A DNA stretch of 64,000 bases from Candidatus Woesearchaeota archaeon (GTDB taxonomy: Archaea; Nanobdellota; Nanobdellia; Woesearchaeales; JAZDKJ01): assembly GCA_043803105.1 (NCBI GenBank), contig JAZDKJ010000006.1:208673-272672 (forward strand), given 5' to 3'. Under the pieces are notes generated by a model. That model saw nothing but the letters and a program-made list of their open reading frames with translations, did no database searches and was not told the origin of the DNA. A program made the translations under genes and the position numbers. Shown here piece by piece: positions 9,356 to 19,371 of the stretch (position 1 is its first letter; every line of letters begins with the position of its first letter).

Positions 9356-10576
9356 ATGGAAAAGGTGATTTTGGCTTATAGCGGTGGTCTTGACACCTCA
9401 GTCATACTCAAGTGGCTTTTGGACAAGGGCTATGAGGTTGTCTGCTTCATTGCAGACGTTGGCCAGGATGATGATTTTCAAAAGGCAAAAGACAAGGCTT
9501 TGAAGATTGGCGCAAGCAAGGTCTACATCCAGGACCTAAAAAAAGAATTTGTCGAAAAATACATTTTCCAGGCCTTGAAGGCTGATGCAATTTATGAGGG
9601 CAAGTATCTTTTGGGAACTTCGCTTGCAAGGCCTTTGATTGCCAAAAAGCAGATTGAGCTGGCAAAGCTTGAGAAAACCCATACAGTTGCTCACGGTGCA
9701 ACAGGCAAGGGCAACGACCAGGTGCGTTTCGAGCTTGCCTACATGACCTTGATGCCTAATGTCAAGATAATCAGCCCATGGAAAGACCATGAGTTCTTGT
9801 CCAAGTTTAAGGGAAGGACTGACATGATCAAGTTCGCAAAAGAGAAAGGTATTCCTGTCAGCTCAACAATGGAAAAGCCTTATAGCATGGATGATAATCT
9901 CATGCACATAAGCTATGAGGCAGGCCAATTGGAGGATCCTGGCTTCGAGCCGAAAGAGGATATGTTCAAGAGGACAGTCTCACCAAAAGATGCTCCAGAT
10001 AAGGAAACAAAGATAGTGATAGAATTCAAGGCTGGCGTTCCAGTCAAACTGACCAATCTCTCAGCAAACAAGTCAGTTTCAGGCCCGCTTGAGCTGGTTC
10101 AGTACTTAAACGAGCTTGGCTCAAGGAATGCGATCGGTCGCATTGACCTGGTCGAGAATCGTTTTGTAGGAATGAAATCACGTGGTGTCTACGAGACTCC
10201 TGCAGGTACGATCCTGCATAAGGCGCACCTTGACATTGAAGGCCTGGTTTTAGACAGGGAGGTCTTTCATTTGAAGGAGATGCTCATGCCTCGCATAGCC
10301 TCCCTTATCTACAACGGTTTCTGGTTCAGCCCTGAGATGGATTTTCTTATGGCTGCTATTGACAAGAGCCAGGAGAATGTTGAGGGCAAGGTCTTCATGA
10401 CTTTGTACAAGGGCAACGCTTTTGTTACAAGCCGTAAGTCAAAGAAGTCTCTTTATGATGAGGATATTGCAAGCATGGACAAGCTTGGAAACTACGACCA
10501 GACTGATGCAACAGGTTTTATCAGGCTTAATGCCTTGCGCTTGAAGCTAGGGAAAAATGAAGCTATGGCTAGATAA
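9356..10576 (+). CDS. argG: argininosuccinate synthase
   Basis: [11 protein letters not shown]-loop and full-length ArgG conservation. Confidence 0.9.
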   Translation: MEKVILAYSGGLDTSVILKWLLDKGYEVVCFIADVGQDDDFQKAKDKALKIGASKVYIQDLKKEFVEKYIFQALKADAIYEGKYLLGTSLARPLIAKKQIELAKLEKTHTVAHGATGKGNDQVRFELAYMTLMPNVKIISPWKDHEFLSKFKGRTDMIKFAKEKGIPVSSTMEKPYSMDDNLMHISYEAGQLEDPGFEPKEDMFKRTVSPKDAPDKETKIVIEFKAGVPVKLTNLSANKSVSGPLELVQYLNELGSRNAIGRIDLVENRFVGMKSRGVYETPAGTILHKAHLDIEGLVLDREVFHLKEMLMPRIASLIYNGFWFSPEMDFLMAAIDKSQENVEGKVFMTLYKGNAFVTSRKSKKSLYDEDIASMDKLGNYDQTDATGFIRLNALRLKLGKNEAMAR

Positions 10577-11732
10577 GGATTTGGACAAGGAAGTGGAGAA
10601 ATTCACTGTTGGCAATGATTATCTGCTAGATGCTAGGCTCTTGAATTATGACTGCATTGCTTCAATTGCTCACGCAAAGATGCTGCATAAAATAGGTGCG
10701 CTTTCAGGAAAAGAGTCTAAGTCAATCGTTAAAGTACTCATTGATATACAGCACGATAAGTCTTTCAAAATATCTCCTGAGGATGAAGACTGCCATACTG
10801 CAATTGAGAATTATCTTGTGACAAGGCTCGGCTCTGTTGGAAAAAAGATTCATCTTGTAAGGTCAAGGAACGACCAGGTCCTAACAGCCCTGCGCTTGTA
10901 TGAGAAAGACGAGTTAAAGCAAATCAAAAGCATGTTATTTGGCTACAAGAAATCCTTGAACAATGTGGTTTCCCGTTATGGTACAGTAAGGCTTCCCGGA
11001 TTCACTCATACCAGAAAAGCAATGCCCACCACAATCGCTGTCTGGTTTGGTTCTTTTGCGGATTCGCTCAATGACAACATCCTTTTGCTTGCTACTGCAA
11101 GCAAATTGATAGACCAATCTCCTCTCGGAAGCGCAGCAGGCTTTGGGGTGCCAATATTCAAGATAGACCGCAAGTTCTCCTCAAAGCTAATGCATTTCTC
11201 AAAGGTCATGGAAAATCCGATGTACTGCCAGTTGAGCCGTGGCAAGTTTGAGTCCACGATAATCCACGTCTGCTCGCAGATAATGTTTGACTTGAACAAG
11301 CTCGCCTCAGACATTATCCTTTTCAGCATGCCCGAGTTTGGCTTTTTTGCCCTGCCTAAAAACATGTGCACAGGCAGCTCAATCATGCCTCAGAAAGAGA
11401 ACCCTGACCTGCTTGAGTTGGTTCGGGCAAAGTATTATTTTGTTCTGGGAGAAGAGTTCAAAGTTCAGAGTATTGCATCCAGCTTGATATCAGGTTATAA
11501 TCGTGACTTGCAGCTCACAAAAGAACCCTTGTTCGTCTCAATTGATACAACTAAGGATTGCCTTAACATAATGTCTGCGCTATTGAACAATCTTTCAGTT
11601 GACAAGGCAAAATGTAAAAAAGCTCTAACCAGAAAGGTTTATGCGACAGAGCATGCCTTTGCTCTTGTAAAGAAAGGTGTGCCTTTCAGGGATGCTTATA
11701 ATATCATTGCCCAAAAGTTGAAAAGACCTTAA
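10557..11732 (+). CDS. argH: argininosuccinate lyase, short form
   Basis: Fumarate-lyase signature [12 protein letters not shown]. Overlaps the argG stop by 20 nt. Confidence 0.85.
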   Translation: MKLWLDKDLDKEVEKFTVGNDYLLDARLLNYDCIASIAHAKMLHKIGALSGKESKSIVKVLIDIQHDKSFKISPEDEDCHTAIENYLVTRLGSVGKKIHLVRSRNDQVLTALRLYEKDELKQIKSMLFGYKKSLNNVVSRYGTVRLPGFTHTRKAMPTTIAVWFGSFADSLNDNILLLATASKLIDQSPLGSAAGFGVPIFKIDRKFSSKLMHFSKVMENPMYCQLSRGKFESTIIHVCSQIMFDLNKLASDIILFSMPEFGFFALPKNMCTGSSIMPQKENPDLLELVRAKYYFVLGEEFKVQSIASSLISGYNRDLQLTKEPLFVSIDTTKDCLNIMSALLNNLSVDKAKCKKALTRKVYATEHAFALVKKGVPFRDAYNIIAQKLKRP

Positions 11733-11753
11733 GTCCGCTTCAGCAATTGTTAA

Positions 11754-12230
11754 TCAGCCTTTGCCTTCCAATGCTTGCCTACCCGCAATTTCAGGGTTGG
11801 CAAGGAACTCTTCTCTCTTGATGTCAGCTATTATGTAGTAGAGCTGTTTCTGCCTCAACTCAAACTTCTCCTCTAGTTTTTCTATGAAGTCCTCCATGTC
11901 CTTCACATGCCTGAATACTCCTTCTATTAGGAAATCATAGCCGCTGTTCACTCTGTAAAGCGAATTTACGTTTTGCTCTTTCACCAGGTGTGCCTGCAGC
12001 TCCTCCCTTTTTTCCCTGTCCACCTTCACAAGCATGTGGATCCTTGTGTTGAATCCTAGCTTGCTGAAGTCAACAATCGAGGTATGCTTCTGTATCAGGC
12101 TTGCCTCTTGCTGCTTCAGTTTGTCATAGAGCGTCGACACCGGTATCTTTGTGAGCCTGCTCATTGAAGTGAGCGTTTCCCTGCTGTTCTTGCGCAAGTG
12201 CGTTATAATCAATAGATCCTTGTCAAGCAT
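11754..12230 (-). CDS. Lrp/AsnC-family transcriptional regulator
   Basis: N-terminal HTH (MLDKDLLIITHLRKNSRETLTSMSRLTKIPVSTLYDKL) plus a RAM domain. Start set at the ATG at 12230. Confidence 0.75.
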   Translation of the reverse strand: MLDKDLLIITHLRKNSRETLTSMSRLTKIPVSTLYDKLKQQEASLIQKHTSIVDFSKLGFNTRIHMLVKVDREKREELQAHLVKEQNVNSLYRVNSGYDFLIEGVFRHVKDMEDFIEKLEEKFELRQKQLYYIIADIKREEFLANPEIAGRQALEGKG

Positions 12231-12378
12231 TGTATCACCATGCAATGCGGTGGCTATTCAGGTTAAAAACACTTACTATGCTTTTGAAGGAAAATTTTCA
12301 GTTTCTGCGTAAGAAACGGAAAAGAGTTCTTTTCCCCAGTGCTGGTCCAAAAACCGGCTAAACCGTGCGTACCAAATT

Positions 12379-12508
12379 GAGCCTGCCGGGATTCGAACCC
12401 GGGTCTGAGGCTTTCTGCATCTCTTCCGCAAGCCCCCATTCTATTTGCCTACCGGCAAATCCCTGCAAATCCGTGGGATTTGAGGTTTCCAGGCTATACT
12501 ACAGGCCC
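12379..12508 (-). tRNA. tRNA gene, intron-containing or aberrant; anticodon tentatively GCG (Arg), isotype not secure
   Basis: Minus strand shows a perfect T-arm (CCGGG-TTCGAAT-CCCGG), a 3' acceptor CAGGCTC plus A, and no encoded CCA. The 5' acceptor GGGCCTG at 12502-12508 pairs with it. A GGGGC/GCCTC stem could give a GCG anticodon with a ~13-nt intron. The D-arm cannot be folded canonically over ~45 extra nt. Confidence 0.45.
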
Positions 12509-12625
12509 ACTATATTGTATGTGTATTGTTGGGGCTGGAGTGACCACAGAACTGTGTTCTGTGAGTATACTACAGGCCCTAAGACTATGAGGGTTAGTTA
12601 GTTTGTTTATAAAGTTTTAGAACTC

Positions 12626-13579
12626 CTACAGCCTTTCAAACCTGTAGTCTATCCTTTTCCTGCTCCGTTCTGCTATGTCCCTCACTCTTTCTATTCCTGT
12701 CTCTTTCATGCTGTCTATTCTTTTTTTGATTAATGGCATATGGTACTTCAATGATGGCTTGAGGCTCACCTCATAGCGTAGCTGCATTGTTGGCTTGATG
12801 TACCTAAGGTGCCTCCGTAGCATTCTTGAGCCGCTCGGTACCTGCTTTATGTATCCTATTTCTTTTCCTACGACAAAGTTCTCTCCGTTGCGTATGTTTT
12901 CTATGAATCCCTTTACACTGTTTGCCTTGCTGTACGTTAACACTTTTCCGAGCTGGAACAATGAATGCCCGTCGCTTCCTCCTGTGAACCCCTTTCCAAG
13001 CTCTTCTGCCCATTCAAGTGCTTTCCAGTTCATCCTGTTCCTGCTGACTCCATTGATGACCTCGATGGCATTGATGGCTGAGAGCACATTCTTGTCTACA
13101 TAGCCCCTGCTTATGTTCTTGTATATGCCCATGAATCCCCTCATGAACGGGTGGGCTGCACACACCAGGCAGTCGAAGTTCTCCGCCTCTTTCATGATGT
13201 CCTGTATCTTTACCTGCGTGATACTGTAAGGGTCCTTGTTCTTGAACTGTTCCACTCCGTTGTAATAAAATGCTTTAAGGTCTGCAATGTTTTGGAAGTA
13301 GAAAAGCAGATGGCATCTTTCCAGGCAAGAAACCTCAATTCCAGGTATGAGCATCTGGCCTTCTTTCAGTTTTGCTGCCTCAAGCACTCCCTTGATTTCA
13401 TTGTGGTCTGTTATCGCAATGCCTATGCCAAGCCTTTGCGCTTTCTTCAGTATCTTGTCGATTTTTGTATAGGTGTCAGAGTACTGAGTATGAAAATGCA
13501 TGTCCACCGCTTTCATTCCTGCATCCCTGACCTGCTCTAAGTCAGGCTTTTTGAAGTCCACTCTTGCTCTCAATAGCAT
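12626..13579 (-). CDS. PHP-domain metal-dependent phosphoesterase
   Basis: MHFHTQYSD...ITDHN motifs of the PHP superfamily. Confidence 0.65.
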   Translation of the reverse strand: MLLRARVDFKKPDLEQVRDAGMKAVDMHFHTQYSDTYTKIDKILKKAQRLGIGIAITDHNEIKGVLEAAKLKEGQMLIPGIEVSCLERCHLLFYFQNIADLKAFYYNGVEQFKNKDPYSITQVKIQDIMKEAENFDCLVCAAHPFMRGFMGIYKNISRGYVDKNVLSAINAIEVINGVSRNRMNWKALEWAEELGKGFTGGSDGHSLFQLGKVLTYSKANSVKGFIENIRNGENFVVGKEIGYIKQVPSGSRMLRRHLRYIKPTMQLRYEVSLKPSLKYHMPLIKKRIDSMKETGIERVRDIAERSRKRIDYRFERL

Positions 13580-13645
13580 GTTTATGCCTCCAAATTCCGA
13601 ACTTTATAAATGTTGCACCACGGTTGCACCTCTTAAGATGCGGGT

Positions 13646-14560
13646 ATGAAAATTCATGAGCCGTTCCAACAAGCCCCAAAAGCGAAATATTTATATAATG
13701 TTCTTCAGACGGGGATACTAAAAAAAGAAGGTGATGATGACTTGTCCACAGATGTTATCCAAAAGAAGGGAGACATAAAAAGAATCAAGACTTATATTAG
13801 TGGTCTTGATCAGACAATGGAGGGAGGCATCCCTGAGAATCATATTGTTCTGATCTGCGGTTCTTCTGGCACGATGAAGTCTTCCATCTGTTTTAACCTT
13901 GTCTACAACGAGGCTCTGGCTGGAAAGGTCGGACTATATTTTTCTCTTGAGCAGGGCTATTCATCGCTCTTGAATCACCTTATCAATATGGGTTATGACT
14001 TTTCCAAGGTGGAGATCATAGTTGTAGGCTCGAACATCGAGGATATCAAGAAGAAGTTGAAGACTCTCAAGGACTCAGGCAAGGGAGGGGTCATAATCTC
14101 TGACCTTGGTGACCTGCGAAAGGAGATTAAGGACAGCAAAATGGGTGCCAGCGGTGATTGGTGGGTTTTTATACGCAATGTCTTGAGTAGCATCAAAAAG
14201 GAGATCGACTTCAAGATCCTTGTGTTGGATTCACTCGATGCCTTGTATGTTCTCTCCAATTTTGAGGAGGCGCGAAACAAGCTCTTTTACCTCTTTGAGT
14301 ATTTACGCGACCTGAACGTTACATCCTTCCTGATTTCTGAGATGCCCCTTGATGGCCATAGGTATGGCCGCTTTGAAGTAGAGGATTACCTTGCTGATGG
14401 TATCATCATGCTCAGGCTTGTGGAGCGTTATCGCAAGGTTACCAGGGAAATTTCTGTTGTTAAGATGAGGACTACCAACTGCAACATTGATGTCTTTACC
14501 CTTGTCTATGACGGACGTATTTTCAAGGCAGAATATGGGGGAAAGCCTCCCCTTATCTGA
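13646..14560 (+). CDS. KaiC-like / RecA-superfamily ATPase with a degenerate Walker A
   Basis: IKTYISGLDQ...GIPENHIVLICGSSGTMKSS (second Walker A Gly replaced) and a Walker B KILVLDSLDAL. Confidence 0.6.
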   Translation: MKIHEPFQQAPKAKYLYNVLQTGILKKEGDDDLSTDVIQKKGDIKRIKTYISGLDQTMEGGIPENHIVLICGSSGTMKSSICFNLVYNEALAGKVGLYFSLEQGYSSLLNHLINMGYDFSKVEIIVVGSNIEDIKKKLKTLKDSGKGGVIISDLGDLRKEIKDSKMGASGDWWVFIRNVLSSIKKEIDFKILVLDSLDALYVLSNFEEARNKLFYLFEYLRDLNVTSFLISEMPLDGHRYGRFEVEDYLADGIIMLRLVERYRKVTREISVVKMRTTNCNIDVFTLVYDGRIFKAEYGGKPPLI

Positions 14561-14562
14561 AC

Positions 14563-15759
14563 ATGTCAGTCATTACTGCAATCAATCAGTTGCATGAGCT
14601 GAATAGCTCTCTTTCAAAGATCTGGCAGTTTGAGGTGGGCTCTCCCATATATTCTGACATTGCGGTTGGGGACATTAATGCCGATGGCAAGATGGAGATT
14701 GTCTTCAAGAGCAATGATGAGGAGCTTCACGTTATTTCTTCTGACGGCTCTAAGCTCTGGAGTTTTCACCTGGATGACGGCACTGAGCTCGAGCGCCTTT
14801 TCCTTGACAAGGACAGCGTCCGTGTTGTCTGTTCAAGCCCTGTTCTTGCAGACATCAATGATGACGGACGGCTTGAGATAATCATTGGGAGCACCAACGG
14901 TAGGTTGTATTGCATCGACTCTGCTGGCAGGAAGTTATGGGAATTTAAGACCAATGACTCGATAAACTCAACACCCCTTGTGGCAGACATAAACAATGAT
15001 TCCATCCCTGAGATAGTCTTTGGCTCAAATGACCACCTCTTGTATGCCCTGGATTCCAAAGGTCGGCAGCTCTGGACTTTTGAAGCTGGCCTCGAGATTG
15101 AGTCCGGTGTTGCCCTTGCTGAATTTGCAGGCAAGCCTTCAATTCTTTTTGGCTCAAATGACAACCATGTTTACGCTCTCTCTGCAAATGGTGAACTTGT
15201 GTGGAAGTTTCAGACCCAAGGTCCTGTCTGCGCAACACCAATGGTCGGTGACCTTCATGGCGATGGCCAGAAAAAGGTTGTTGTTGGTTCACAGGACGGG
15301 CTTGTTTACGTGTTGAAGCACACTGGCCAGCTCGAATGGAAGCTTAAGACCTCCGGCAAGATAGTCTCTGAAGTTGGTCTCGCTGATATTAACGGTGATA
15401 ACAAGCTTGAGATTGTGGTCACGTCCTGCTGTTACGAGAATAATGTTCTTATTCTTTCGAACACAAAGGATACGATTGGTTCCTTTGGCGCCGGCTTCTG
15501 GGTGACAAGCTCCCCTATAATTAAGGATATTGACCAGGACGGCAACGATGAGATAATATTCGGTAGCTACGACCATCACCTTTACATCCTTACCTTTAAG
15601 AGGGAACTAAAGGAGTATTACCGTGGCGAGTTAAAGCAGGAAGTAACTCTATACAATGCAGAATGCATGATTGTAGGTACGCCTGCAGTCCTTGAGGGCA
15701 GAGGTACAATCATCGTTACCGCTAATGGCAAGGGCAGTGTGATAGCGCTTAAGATCTAG
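14563..15759 (+). CDS. PQQ-like beta-propeller repeat protein
   Basis: Eight or more repeats of the form ...DG.LWKF......SSP...D(I/L)N(N/G)DG..EI..GS.D. Start lies 3 nt after the KaiC-like stop. Confidence 0.65.
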   Translation: MSVITAINQLHELNSSLSKIWQFEVGSPIYSDIAVGDINADGKMEIVFKSNDEELHVISSDGSKLWSFHLDDGTELERLFLDKDSVRVVCSSPVLADINDDGRLEIIIGSTNGRLYCIDSAGRKLWEFKTNDSINSTPLVADINNDSIPEIVFGSNDHLLYALDSKGRQLWTFEAGLEIESGVALAEFAGKPSILFGSNDNHVYALSANGELVWKFQTQGPVCATPMVGDLHGDGQKKVVVGSQDGLVYVLKHTGQLEWKLKTSGKIVSEVGLADINGDNKLEIVVTSCCYENNVLILSNTKDTIGSFGAGFWVTSSPIIKDIDQDGNDEIIFGSYDHHLYILTFKRELKEYYRGELKQEVTLYNAECMIVGTPAVLEGRGTIIVTANGKGSVIALKI

Positions 15760-16703
15760 GGTATTGTCCTGTATCTTGTGCTGATTATTATCCATTCAGT
15801 GAACAGCAATATAAGGACGGCTATCATCAGCGGGGTGGCCATTTGAATTGGAATGTCTTTTTGCTCTGTCGTTGCGATCTCCGCTAAGGCAACCCTTAAT
15901 GCCTCGTTGTCCGAGACCCTGAAGTACCTTCCTCCAGTGCTCTCAGCTACGCCCCTAAGGCTGTTTTCATCAAGTTTGGAGACTGTATCAATATCTGTGA
16001 ACTTGCCGCCTTCGGGTGTGGCTACCCCTAGTGTATACACTTTAATGTGGTTCCTTGTTGCAAAAGGCACTGCAACAATTGGGTCTATCCCCACATTGCT
16101 TTGTCCGTCAGTGATTATTGCCACTACCCGGGCCTGTCCATCATCTTCAAAAAGGTTGGCTGATGAGACTATTGCTTCACCGATCGCAGTTCCGCTTGTG
16201 AACGCTATGTCTATTGAGCTTATTGCTGTCTTTACCAGGCTCATGTCGTCAGTTAGTCTTTGCTTGACAAACGTTGTTCCTGAAAAAGAGAGAACCCCTA
16301 CTTTTGAGTGTTCTCCTACAGTGTCCACAAATATCTGTGCAGCATCCTTTGCCGCCGCCAGTCTGTTGGGCGCAAAATCATCTGCAAGCATGCTGCCTGA
16401 GGCATCTATCGCGACCACAAAGTCAAATGTTGTGCTCTTTCCAGAATACCAGAATATCATTCCAGACAAGGATAGCACTAGGAATATCAAGGTGAATGAA
16501 CGAAGGATGAGAAAGACGATGTTCTTGGTTATGATTCCCCCTGAAAGAAATCCTTGGCCACCAACGCGCTGTATTGCCTCAAAATTCGCGAAAAGAAACG
16601 CCTTTCGCTTTGTGAATCTTATCGTAATTAGATGAAGTACTAAAAGGAAGGGTATGCTTGCAAGGAACCATAGGAATTCAGGGTGCGTGAAGCTGACGTC
16701 CAT
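15756..16703 (-). CDS. vWA-domain membrane protein, BatA-like
   Basis: N-terminal TM helices plus the MIDAS motif FVVAIDASGSM. Confidence 0.7.
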   Translation of the reverse strand: MDVSFTHPEFLWFLASIPFLLVLHLITIRFTKRKAFLFANFEAIQRVGGQGFLSGGIITKNIVFLILRSFTLIFLVLSLSGMIFWYSGKSTTFDFVVAIDASGSMLADDFAPNRLAAAKDAAQIFVDTVGEHSKVGVLSFSGTTFVKQRLTDDMSLVKTAISSIDIAFTSGTAIGEAIVSSANLFEDDGQARVVAIITDGQSNVGIDPIVAVPFATRNHIKVYTLGVATPEGGKFTDIDTVSKLDENSLRGVAESTGGRYFRVSDNEALRVALAEIATTEQKDIPIQMATPLMIAVLILLFTEWIIISTRYRTIP

Positions 16704-16704
16704 C

Positions 16705-17592
16705 TTATTTTCCTGTTCTGGTCTTCAAGAAGCTTGTCACCGGGTTTACAAACGGCTTGTCTGTTGTGAGTGACAAAAAGGGTATGCGGTGTAGCTTAAG
16801 CACATTCAAGACCTTTTCTTGTTCTTGCTTCGCGATGCGCTCAAAGGCTGCCTTGATATTTCTTGAGTCAACCACCATTTCCCTCTCGGAAAATGGGTCC
16901 TTGATTACTACCTGTCCCACATCTTCAGGGATTGTCAGGTCATGCGGGTCTCTTACCACTATTGCCATAAAATCGAATTTGCTGCTTGCTACCGTGAGCT
17001 CCCTTTCCCATTCTCCCTTTAGCCCAAAGAAGTCTGAGACTATGATCACAATAGCCTGCTTCTTCAGGTATCCGGTCAGGTACCTCAGTGCCTTTCCAAG
17101 GTCAAAGCCTCCGCCGTACATCTGCGGATTGCTAAGTTTTGTGGTGAGCATATAGTACTGCCGCTTCCCCATCATTGGCGGTGAGACGTTGACGATGCCC
17201 TCATTGAACATGATGAGCCCGACATAGTCCCCTGCCTGAAGTGCAGCAAATGAAATCGACGCTATGAGTTCTGCAGAGTATTCTGCTTTCATCTTGTCAG
17301 TTGATGCGAAGAGCATGCTGTTGCTCACATCAAAGAGGATTATCACAGTTATGTTTCTCTCTTCTATATACTTCTTGACAAGCACCTGTTGTGCTTTCAG
17401 TGTTGCCTTCCAGTCTATCTGGCTTGCATCGTCGTTGATGCTGTAAGGCCTAAATCCCTCGAACTCTAACCCTCTTCCCTTGATTGCTGTTAGGTAATCA
17501 CCCGTAAGCTCACCCATCATATTGTTCTTCATCGATACCTCAAACTTCTTCATCATTGGCTTGAGGTTGAGCTTTAGTTCTCGTACTGGCAT
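16705..17592 (-). CDS. DUF58-family protein, MoxR-associated vWA-like
   Basis: VIILFDVSNSM motif. Sits between the MoxR and BatA-like genes, the typical operon order. Confidence 0.65.
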   Translation of the reverse strand: MPVRELKLNLKPMMKKFEVSMKNNMMGELTGDYLTAIKGRGLEFEGFRPYSINDDASQIDWKATLKAQQVLVKKYIEERNITVIILFDVSNSMLFASTDKMKAEYSAELIASISFAALQAGDYVGLIMFNEGIVNVSPPMMGKRQYYMLTTKLSNPQMYGGGFDLGKALRYLTGYLKKQAIVIIVSDFFGLKGEWERELTVASSKFDFMAIVVRDPHDLTIPEDVGQVVIKDPFSEREMVVDSRNIKAAFERIAKQEQEKVLNVLKLHRIPFLSLTTDKPFVNPVTSFLKTRTGK

Positions 17593-17593
17593 T

Positions 17594-18583
17594 TTATGGT
17601 ACTGGTACCTTTGATAGAATTTCCTTTACTATGTCGTCGGGCTTTACTGCTTCTGCCTGTCCCTCATAGTTTACTATAATCCTGTGCCGCAGGACATCAG
17701 AGGCAACCTCTTTGATATCCTGTGGTGTTACAAACAGCTTTCCGTTAAGCATCGCCTCTGCCCTTCCAGCTATGTGTAACCCTATGGATCCCCTTGGAGA
17801 TGCTCCCCATTCGATGAACTTCCCAAGATTTAGTTTGTACTTGTCAGGATTCCTGGTTGCATCGATTATCCTCACTATGTATTTCTCAACCTTCTCGTCT
17901 ACGTATACCTGTCTCACTGCCTCTTGGATATCCATCAGTATCGGCCCGTCGAGCACGGGTTCTATTACTATGTCCTCAAATTTCCTGGTTGTGATGTTGT
18001 TTGTCAGCACCCTCTGCTCTTCCTCGACCGTTGGATAGAGTAGCTGCAGCTTGAATAAGAACCTGTCCAGTTGTGCTTCCGGCAGAGGATATGTTCCTAG
18101 CGATTCTATCGGATTTTGTGTTGCGAGCACAAAGAATGGTGGATCTAGCAGAAAGCTCTCTTTACCTATGGTTGCCTGCCTTTCAGCCATGCATTCCAGG
18201 AGAGCTGACTGAACCTTTGGCGGTGCGCGGTTTATCTCGTCTGCAAGCACGAAGTTTGCGAAGATTGGTCCTTTTACCACATAGAATCCCTTGTCCTTCT
18301 CGAACGCTGTGATGCCTACAATATCTGTTGGCAATAGGTCTGGAGTGAATTGTATTCTCGAGAACGAGCACTTCATCACCCTTGCTATTGTCCTCACAAG
18401 GAGCGTTTTTGCTATGCCTGGAACTCCTTCGAGTAGCACATGTCCGTTTGCGATTAGTGCCTTTAGCATGCAATTCACAGCTTTTTCCTGGCCCACCACA
18501 GACTTGGCAATCTCTGACTTTGCTAGCGTAAAAATCTTGGAATATTCCTCCACTTTCTTCGATAGTTCTCTATCTACAGGCAT
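17594..18583 (-). CDS. MoxR-family AAA+ ATPase
   Basis: VVGQEKAV...GHVLLEGVPGIAKT Walker A. Start set at the MPVDREL ATG at 18583, which leaves room for a divergent promoter with mtnP. Confidence 0.8.
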   Translation of the reverse strand: MPVDRELSKKVEEYSKIFTLAKSEIAKSVVGQEKAVNCMLKALIANGHVLLEGVPGIAKTLLVRTIARVMKCSFSRIQFTPDLLPTDIVGITAFEKDKGFYVVKGPIFANFVLADEINRAPPKVQSALLECMAERQATIGKESFLLDPPFFVLATQNPIESLGTYPLPEAQLDRFLFKLQLLYPTVEEEQRVLTNNITTRKFEDIVIEPVLDGPILMDIQEAVRQVYVDEKVEKYIVRIIDATRNPDKYKLNLGKFIEWGASPRGSIGLHIAGRAEAMLNGKLFVTPQDIKEVASDVLRHRIIVNYEGQAEAVKPDDIVKEILSKVPVP

Positions 18584-18687
18584 ACCTGCTTCTACCAGGG
18601 CGTGCTTTATATATTTTATTAAACCACTCGAGAGTAAAGACCTGTTTAACCAAAACAAATAAATAACAAGCAGTAACACCATTTCCT

Positions 18688-19371
18688 ATGACACTTGCCA
18701 TAATCGGTGGAACTGGGCTTCTGCACCCTGACATTTTTCCAGGTTCTGCGAAAAAAAAAGTGGCTACAAGGTTTGGCAGTGTGCAGGTCAATGCCTACAA
18801 TTCTTGTTTCTTCCTGCAACGTCATGGACACAATCTCCCACCTCACCTGATAAACCACAAAGCCAACCTAACAGCACTAAAACACCTTGGTGTGGACGAG
18901 ATCATAGCCTTTTCCTCAGTTGGTAGCCTGCGACGCGGCATTAAGCCAGGAGACCTTGTGATCATCGACGATTTCATTCAATTATCAAATATTCCCACAT
19001 TTATTGAAAAAGATATGAGGTTCGTTGTGCCCTGCATTGATAAAACTTTGCGGACCAGATTGATCAAGGCATGCGCAACGCTTCGTCTGCATTTTAAATC
19101 AACTGGCATTTATCTGCAGACCATTGGTCCTCGTTTCGAGACAAAATCGGAGATTGCTATGTATAAGAGGTTTGCTCACGTTGTTGGCATGACTATAGCT
19201 AGCGAAGCAACACTCGCTAATGAGTTAGGTATCCCTTATGCATGCGTATGCTCTGTTGATAATTATGCCAATGGGCTGGTAAGATCTCCTCTCGATTGGC
19301 AATCAGTTAAAGAGACGCAGGCGAGGAATCTTATCTCGATAAAAAAGCTTCTCAGAGTTTTGATAAAATGA
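18688..19371 (+). CDS. mtnP: 5'-methylthioadenosine / purine nucleoside phosphorylase family
   Basis: MTLAIIGGTGL N-terminus and the PNP/MTAP fold signature ...IGMTIASEATLA. Confidence 0.7.
   Translation: MTLAIIGGTGLLHPDIFPGSAKKKVATRFGSVQVNAYNSCFFLQRHGHNLPPHLINHKANLTALKHLGVDEIIAFSSVGSLRRGIKPGDLVIIDDFIQLSNIPTFIEKDMRFVVPCIDKTLRTRLIKACATLRLHFKSTGIYLQTIGPRFETKSEIAMYKRFAHVVGMTIASEATLANELGIPYACVCSVDNYANGLVRSPLDWQSVKETQARNLISIKKLLRVLIK

Noticed and set aside
12365-12601. 78-aa plus-strand ORF overlapping the tRNA locus
   Set aside because: It lies antisense across a tRNA T-arm and acceptor with a perfect cloverleaf 3' half. The translation has no plausible protein features.
14630-15316. Overlapping ORFs on both strands inside the PQQ-propeller gene
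   Set aside because: The propeller repeats are strongly conserved in the annotated frame. The alternatives are low-complexity.
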